DNA from: Candidatus Magasanikiibacteriota bacterium
Lineage (GTDB): Bacteria; Patescibacteriota; Patescibacteriia; Magasanikbacterales; UBA922
Direction of reading: 5' to 3'
DNA: 64,000 bases
NCBI GenBank assembly: GCA_018652595.1
Contig: JABIBU010000013.1
Coordinates: 29,043-93,042, forward strand
The translations under genes and the position numbers were made by a program. This document shows positions 58,719 to 64,000 of the stretch, in pieces (position 1 is the first letter of the stretch; each line of letters begins with the position of its first letter). The notes under the pieces are model-generated. The model saw only the letters and a program-made list of their open reading frames with translations, had not been told where the DNA came from and searched no databases.

Positions 58719-59457
58719 TGTCATCCCGAGCGACCCACAGGGAGCCGAGGGATCTCTTTAAATATTAATTAAAACTTTTTAATTTTTCTTTTGTTAGTAG
58801 AAAACCAATTATGTGTAGATCTTTCCATTTTATATGTCAGGGTTGTATCAACTATTTTATTACAAAACTTGGCTTAATAATTTTTTCGATTTCATTTTCA
58901 TAAATAGTATTCAACTTATCACATTTGTAATCTGTATATTCTTGTGAATCTTCCTCGACAAAAGAACACGGTACAGGCATCGTAGTTCCTGTATAATAGT
59001 AAATAAACTCATCTGATTCACCCAATGCAAGACGAGGAGCATCTTCATACATGGTTCCCTTTATACTAATATCAGCGACTACTACATAAAAATATCTATC
59101 AACATCATTTTTTGCCTGCAAATAAAAGGATTCGAAAACTTTTTCATCTCCTTTATCACCCATATCCTTGTCAATTCTTTCAATACCACCCCAACTATCA
59201 GGAAAAGTAACTGAAAAACTGTATTGATCACTACTATAAACATTATTAGTCAAATCATTTTTTTCTTCTGTGTTATTGCTAAAATTACATCCTGACAAAA
59301 TCAAAGTTGTAGTAAAGATAATTGAAATTATAAATATTTTTTTCATATTTTTTTAATTAATTGCTTTATTAATTTTATTATTTATTAATATATTTTCTCC
59401 TTATCTCAAGTTATTTTAATTTCTAAAAGAATCCCTCGACTACGCTCGGGATGACAT
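58719..59457. repeat. Inverted REP-like pair (58719-58756, 59429-59457) bracketing a lipoprotein gene
   Basis: TGTCATCCCGAGCG..GAGGGATCTC and GAATCCCTCGACTACGCTCGGGATGACA. Confidence 0.8.
58852..59346 (-). CDS. Putative lipoprotein
   Basis: MKK, hydrophobic core, LSGC lipobox. Confidence 0.8.
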   Translation of the reverse strand: MKKIFIISIIFTTTLILSGCNFSNNTEEKNDLTNNVYSSDQYSFSVTFPDSWGGIERIDKDMGDKGDEKVFESFYLQAKNDVDRYFYVVVADISIKGTMYEDAPRLALGESDEFIYYYTGTTMPVPCSFVEEDSQEYTDYKCDKLNTIYENEIEKIIKPSFVIK

Positions 59458-61689
59458 TGTGGATAGTATTTTTCCTTTGATATCTTCACTCGTCAATTTA
59501 GCCAACTCATATACCTCATCTACACTACCAGATTTCAAATAATTATCAATAGACAAAGAACGTTCCTCATGATCAGATGGTAACATGAACGGATATAAGA
59601 AACCTTTCCAACCTGCGTGGATACAAACTGATCGTCCACGATCTTCTTCTGAAAATATTGCATTAGCTTTTTCTGGATTTGTCTCACGCAATTCTTCGAA
59701 TAATTCTGGTGAAGTAACTGCCACAATCTTTATGTCCAAACCTTGGGCTTCTAATTCTGGTATAGTTTCTATAGTATTTAACAATACCTGAACCCCAGAA
59801 ATAACTAAGGTCTTTTTCTTACCGCCATTTTCTTTAAAATTTCTAAATATATAAGCGCCACTTACTGCTTCTTTGGCTTCTGGCACACCCGTGTCACCAC
59901 CACGCTCAAATACCACAGTGTCAGGCCTAGCAACTGACAAAGCAATTGGTTCACCTTTTTTAAATGCATGAAACAACATTTCAATAGTTTCATTGGCATC
60001 CATTGGCTTGTAAACTTTTATACCAGGATAAGCATTGAACATACTCATCCAATAAAGACCTTGGTGTGTTGGTCCATCTTCGCCAGTCTCTGGACCATCA
60101 TGAGCTGCGAGCATAATAAAAAATCCTTTCATCTCTGGATATAAGTGATTTCCAATTAAACTCAATCGCACACAATTACTCATCATAGAAGTAAACACGG
60201 CATAAGATGAAAAGACTGACACTGGTGCAAATCCACCAGGCAAGCGATCCATAGTCAAAGCTGTACTCATCATTGCCATATTTTGCTCTGCAATACCAAA
60301 ACGAATTCCACGACCATAAGGATTTTTGCGATTAATATCTCCATAGATATCCTCGGCCTTTTGTGTAAGAATTGATTTGCTCAGATCCCCTGTCCCAGCC
60401 CAGAAAAAAGCGGTTTGCTTCATTAGCCATTCAAAAAATGCTTGAGTGGCTTTTCTTGTGGCCAGTTTTGAACCCTGTTCAAATTTTAATTCATCTGGCA
60501 ATTCATCTGGACGAGTAATTGTCATTGGATTAGTAAGAGGTCTATCACCAATTTTACTTTTCATTAATTCCAAATTTTCTTCTTCGCTCTTGATATTATT
60601 TTTTGCTACTTCCAAACGTTCGGAAATATAAGTTGCCAATTCTGGAGTTAGACTTTCTAAAACTTTTTCAATATCAGCCGACACATCACCAGTCACCTCA
60701 AATCCAATCTCCTTCATTATTTCTATATAATCTTCTGTCTTGGCTGGTGCACCATGAGAGGCAGCAGAATTTTCATTTGCACCATAGTGCTTACCTTTTA
60801 TAGAGTGTGCTATTACTACAGTTGGGCTTCCATTACCCATTCCTTGTTTAGCTTTGCGATAAGCATAAGTTAATTCTAAGACATTATGTCCATCCACTTC
60901 TATTACATTCCATCCCATGCCGAGCCAATGATTGATATATGGAGTAATTACCACCTCATCAATATCGCCATCAATTCCAAAGTGGTTGTAATCAAGTGTT
61001 ACAATCATATTGTCAGCTCCGACAGTATTCAAGACATTACGAGCTTCATATGTCATACCCTCTTCACTCTCAGCGTCACCCATAAACACCCAAACTTTGG
61101 TATCAAGACCAGATGACTTGTGCGCAATAGCCATACCACCAGCCGATGGCATGCCATGACCAGATGGACCAGTCGCTACATCTGAAAGTGGATAGTAATT
61201 TTCAATATGACCTTGTGGGCCATCATGCTTTCTAAATTTTGTTAAATCCTGTGGCATCACAGCTCGTAATTTTTCTGCATCAAATTCCTTACCACTTCTT
61301 TTTAAACTTTCGTACATCAAAGCTAAGCCACCATAAAGTCCTGGTGAACAATGTCCAGCTGACCAGACTACACGATCGCGTCCAGTATTTTTTGGATTGA
61401 GAGCATCAAAGGCCATGGCTCCACCCAAAACCTTTGCCAAAAACATTTCTGTCTTTCCAGAAGAACCACCTGGATGACCTGAGTGAACTGATTCTAGTGC
61501 ACAAAACATAAGACCGCGCATAATACGCGCAGCTTCATTCATTTTTTCAATATCAATTCCATCTAAGTTTTCCAAATCCAAATCTTGTAACTTTAGATAT
61601 TTTCCACCAACCGCTTGCTGTTTAAATCTTTCTGGCTGATCTTGTTTCAATTTATTTAACCCCTCTTCACTCAAAATATTATATGTCAT
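59440..61689 (-). CDS. tkt: Transketolase, single chain
   Basis: SGHPGG, SAGH, TGPSGHG, GDAESEEG, GIAEQ, GEDGPTHQ. Confidence 0.93.
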   Translation of the reverse strand: MTYNILSEEGLNKLKQDQPERFKQQAVGGKYLKLQDLDLENLDGIDIEKMNEAARIMRGLMFCALESVHSGHPGGSSGKTEMFLAKVLGGAMAFDALNPKNTGRDRVVWSAGHCSPGLYGGLALMYESLKRSGKEFDAEKLRAVMPQDLTKFRKHDGPQGHIENYYPLSDVATGPSGHGMPSAGGMAIAHKSSGLDTKVWVFMGDAESEEGMTYEARNVLNTVGADNMIVTLDYNHFGIDGDIDEVVITPYINHWLGMGWNVIEVDGHNVLELTYAYRKAKQGMGNGSPTVVIAHSIKGKHYGANENSAASHGAPAKTEDYIEIMKEIGFEVTGDVSADIEKVLESLTPELATYISERLEVAKNNIKSEEENLELMKSKIGDRPLTNPMTITRPDELPDELKFEQGSKLATRKATQAFFEWLMKQTAFFWAGTGDLSKSILTQKAEDIYGDINRKNPYGRGIRFGIAEQNMAMMSTALTMDRLPGGFAPVSVFSSYAVFTSMMSNCVRLSLIGNHLYPEMKGFFIMLAAHDGPETGEDGPTHQGLYWMSMFNAYPGIKVYKPMDANETIEMLFHAFKKGEPIALSVARPDTVVFERGGDTGVPEAKEAVSGAYIFRNFKENGGKKKTLVISGVQVLLNTIETIPELEAQGLDIKIVAVTSPELFEELRETNPEKANAIFSEEDRGRSVCIHAGWKGFLYPFMLPSDHEERSLSIDNYLKSGSVDEVYELAKLTSEDIKGKILSTMSSRA

Positions 61690-61911
61690 AGTTTTGTATG
61701 ATGATGTATGATAAATTATAGAATTAGTGCTTTTATTTTATCAAATATGGGAAAAGTGTGCAAGAGGGAGAAAAAGGAGTAAGGAGTAAATTCCCCTCTT
61801 GAGAGGGGATGAAAAACAAAAACAGCCAAAATTGGCTGTCTTTGTAACTGTCCCGACCGATGATCTGATGAAACAGCCACGGGTCGGGGACCCTCCTTCT
61901 TTTTGGGGCAA

Positions 61912-62130
61912 CTATCCATCGCCCCAGATTTCAGCAGAAGTAAAATTCCGCTCGTCCGCCACCCCGAGAGACAAGCCATCAATCCTAATACCACCATCAG
62001 GACCGAAGGTAAGACCCTCATTCCGAGCCTCAAAGTCTCGCCTCATCGAGTCAGTGGGGAAGCTCTTCCCCATTGTTTTCAAGTCGGGAGATCTTCCCCG
62101 ACTTCTGCTTCTTTTAGTTTTTTTCGCCAT
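61912..62130 (-). CDS. Orphan small protein with a basic Arg/Ser-rich N-terminus
   Basis: Promoter TTGACA-17-TATAGT (62168-62196), SD AGGAAGGAG, terminator 61818-61843. Confidence 0.62.
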   Translation of the reverse strand: MAKKTKRSRSRGRSPDLKTMGKSFPTDSMRRDFEARNEGLTFGPDGGIRIDGLSLGVADERNFTSAEIWGDG

Positions 62131-62264
62131 CTCTTCTCCTTCCTGTGGCAGTTAAACAATTATGTAAACTATACAACAAAAAGCCCCTCTTGTCAAGGGC
62201 TAAAGACAAAAAAACGCCTTATTTAAGCGCTTTTTGAAGAATTTTATTTGTTACTATATCTTGT

Positions 62265-62293
62265 ATTATAGCACATTTTAGCACTTTTGTCAA
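62265..62293 (-). promoter_or_regulatory. Perfect consensus sigma70 promoter with no ORF before the next terminator-like hairpin
   Basis: TTGACA AAAGTGCTAAAATGTGC TATAAT on the minus strand. Confidence 0.75.
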
Positions 62294-62345
62294 CCTCGCA
62301 CCATTTTAAGGCTTGATTGAACTCAGTATTAAAATAGTGCGGGGT
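62293..62345. repeat. Long imperfect palindrome ACCTCGCACCATTTTAA / TTAAAATAGTGCGGGGT (REP-like)
   Basis: 17-bp arms with two mismatches. Confidence 0.7.
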
Positions 62346-62365
62346 CAAGTATCTCCCCTACTATC

Positions 62366-63268
62366 TTACTTCTTTTTTCTTCCTAAAACAATATAACCCT
62401 GCGCCTCAACCCACTTGCCAACAATCAACATTTCCACCAATCCATAAAGCTCACACAAGGCTGTTGAATATGGATGTGTCTTTTTCTTCATCCAATACAA
62501 AACTTTATTTAAAGTTTTCAATATAAAAAATTTATGCCAGTTAGTTTTTTTCAAAGATTCATAAAACTCGTCGGGATGAACCCAAAAACTTGCCCAAAAG
62601 GCTGTGTACATCTTATTTATTTCAAAGTCAGAACTTTCTAAAAATTCTTTCAATGTATATTTGGAGTAGAGTGAGATATGATACTCAGCATGCGGATCAA
62701 TATTCAAACCTCGCCTTAATAAATAATTTCGTATATATGCATGCTTGCCCAATTTTGACTCGCTAAACATTGCCAAAGCACCGCCCGGCTTCAGCACTCT
62801 ATTTAATTCATCTAGCCAGTTTCTAACATTTTTTACATGCCCCAACACATCGGATGAGTAGATAGCATCGAAACTACTGTTAGAAAAGGGTAACTTTTCA
62901 CCGTCATAAAGCTCGACCTCGGCATACACAGCATTTTTCTTTATCTTTGTCTTTGCCAAATCAATTTGAAGTCCTACCACATCCACACCTACCACATCCA
63001 CTCGCTTGCCCAATAATTTTTTCAAATCTATTACACTTGCCCCTGTACCACAACCTACATCCAATATTCTATAGGGTTCATTCAAATCCCGTTTTCTTAA
63101 TTTCTTTTTTGCGTCTTTGTAAATATATCTATACAAAAAAAACTTCTTAGGATAAAACAAAAGTTTTAGCTTGTCTTGCCAAGTTACTTGATCACCCCTG
63201 AAAACCGGATCTGTATCCCAAATCTCGGCCCCATGATTATTGATTTTTCCCCAAAGCTTGTTATCCAT
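62366..63268 (-). CDS. Class I SAM-dependent methyltransferase
   Basis: ILDVGCGTG, LPFSNSSFD, RVLKPGG; start set at MDNK after TACAAT. Confidence 0.88.
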   Translation of the reverse strand: MDNKLWGKINNHGAEIWDTDPVFRGDQVTWQDKLKLLFYPKKFFLYRYIYKDAKKKLRKRDLNEPYRILDVGCGTGASVIDLKKLLGKRVDVVGVDVVGLQIDLAKTKIKKNAVYAEVELYDGEKLPFSNSSFDAIYSSDVLGHVKNVRNWLDELNRVLKPGGALAMFSESKLGKHAYIRNYLLRRGLNIDPHAEYHISLYSKYTLKEFLESSDFEINKMYTAFWASFWVHPDEFYESLKKTNWHKFFILKTLNKVLYWMKKKTHPYSTALCELYGLVEMLIVGKWVEAQGYIVLGRKKK

Positions 63269-63315
63269 ACCATTATATTGTACCATACTAAACGAAGAAT
63301 AAAAAAATAAATACT

Positions 63316-63990
63316 ATGGACTCTAATTTTATCCTCATAGACAAACCAAAAGAATGGACCAGTCACGACGCCGTTGCAAAAATAAGAGGCATAGCACGAA
63401 AAGAGACTGGAATCAAAAAAATCAAAGTCGGACACGCTGGCACACTAGACCCTTTTGCTACGGGTCTTCTTATTATTGGCATTGGACGAGATGCAACAAA
63501 GCGACTAGACGAATTCAAAGCAATGAGGAAAACTTATGTTGCCACTCTAAAATTGGGGGCCACTTCTGATACCCAAGATTCTGACGGGGTGATCACCACC
63601 CAAGACTCAGACAGCACCAAACCCGACAACAAACTAGTCTGGGATGTCTTAAAGAGTTTTACTGGTAAACAACTTCAAACTCCTCCCATGTATTCTGCCA
63701 AAAAAGTTGGTGGCAAAAAACTGTATGATCTAGCTCGCAAAGGAATTGAGATTGAACGCCAACCAAGTGAGATTGAAATTTATAATATAAAACTTTTGGA
63801 TTATAGCTATCCCGATTTGAAAATAGAAGTCGATTGCTCTACTGGGACCTACATCCGAACCCTGGCTCATGATATTGGGGATAAGCTGGATACTGGGGCA
63901 TATTGTGATGAGTTGAGGAGGACTAGAATCGGTGAATATGATGTGAAGAATGCAGTCTCACCTGAGCGCTTTAGCACCGAAACACCTTAG
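63316..63990 (+). CDS. truB: tRNA pseudouridine(55) synthase
   Basis: DKPKEWTSHD, KVGHAGTLDPFATG, PPMYSA, GTYIRTL. Confidence 0.97.
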   Translation: MDSNFILIDKPKEWTSHDAVAKIRGIARKETGIKKIKVGHAGTLDPFATGLLIIGIGRDATKRLDEFKAMRKTYVATLKLGATSDTQDSDGVITTQDSDSTKPDNKLVWDVLKSFTGKQLQTPPMYSAKKVGGKKLYDLARKGIEIERQPSEIEIYNIKLLDYSYPDLKIEVDCSTGTYIRTLAHDIGDKLDTGAYCDELRRTRIGEYDVKNAVSPERFSTETP

Positions 63991-64000
63991 CACACACAAA

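Noticed and set aside
494-63569. Numerous short ORF-track entries overlapping real genes (e.g. 13275-13655, 19443-19781, 42630-42968, 61799-62155)
   Set aside because: Antisense or alternate-frame shadows of well-supported genes, with no motifs or initiation signals.
1-64000. CRISPR array, tRNA or rRNA genes
   Set aside because: No regularly spaced 25-45 nt repeats with unique spacers, no cas genes, and no cloverleaf or rRNA signature found by eye.

Overview
A 64 kb, gene-dense, AT-rich chromosomal window read in genetic code 11. The gene set and style suggest a Patescibacteria/CPR (Parcubacteria-like) bacterium; this is an inference, not a database result. Most of it is housekeeping: pyrG, rplI, era, rpoD, dnaG, secDF, secA, murB, mraY, glyA, pyrH, leuS, gdhA, infB, tkt, truB. 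I found no rRNA, tRNA, CRISPR array, integrase, transposase or reverse transcriptase. The most striking hidden structure is a system of short degenerate 7-9 nt tandem arrays. Two four-helix-bundle (IVP/bAvd-like) genes are each bracketed by inverted arrays with their own unit. Similar arrays recur as gene-less inverted pairs, in 5' leaders, and in-frame inside conserved proteins. Several REP-like palindrome families also occur; one accompanies a duplicated cls 5' end and one brackets a lipoprotein gene. Other highlights: an Elp3 gene head-to-head with a Trm9-like methyltransferase; an uncalled LysW-like 53-aa protein beside an ATP-grasp/NlpC/MraY/ATE-like/Mpl/PLP-enzyme locus; SecD with inserted parvulin domains; and several promoter-SD-orphan-terminator cassettes in a largely SD-less window where several genes look leaderless.
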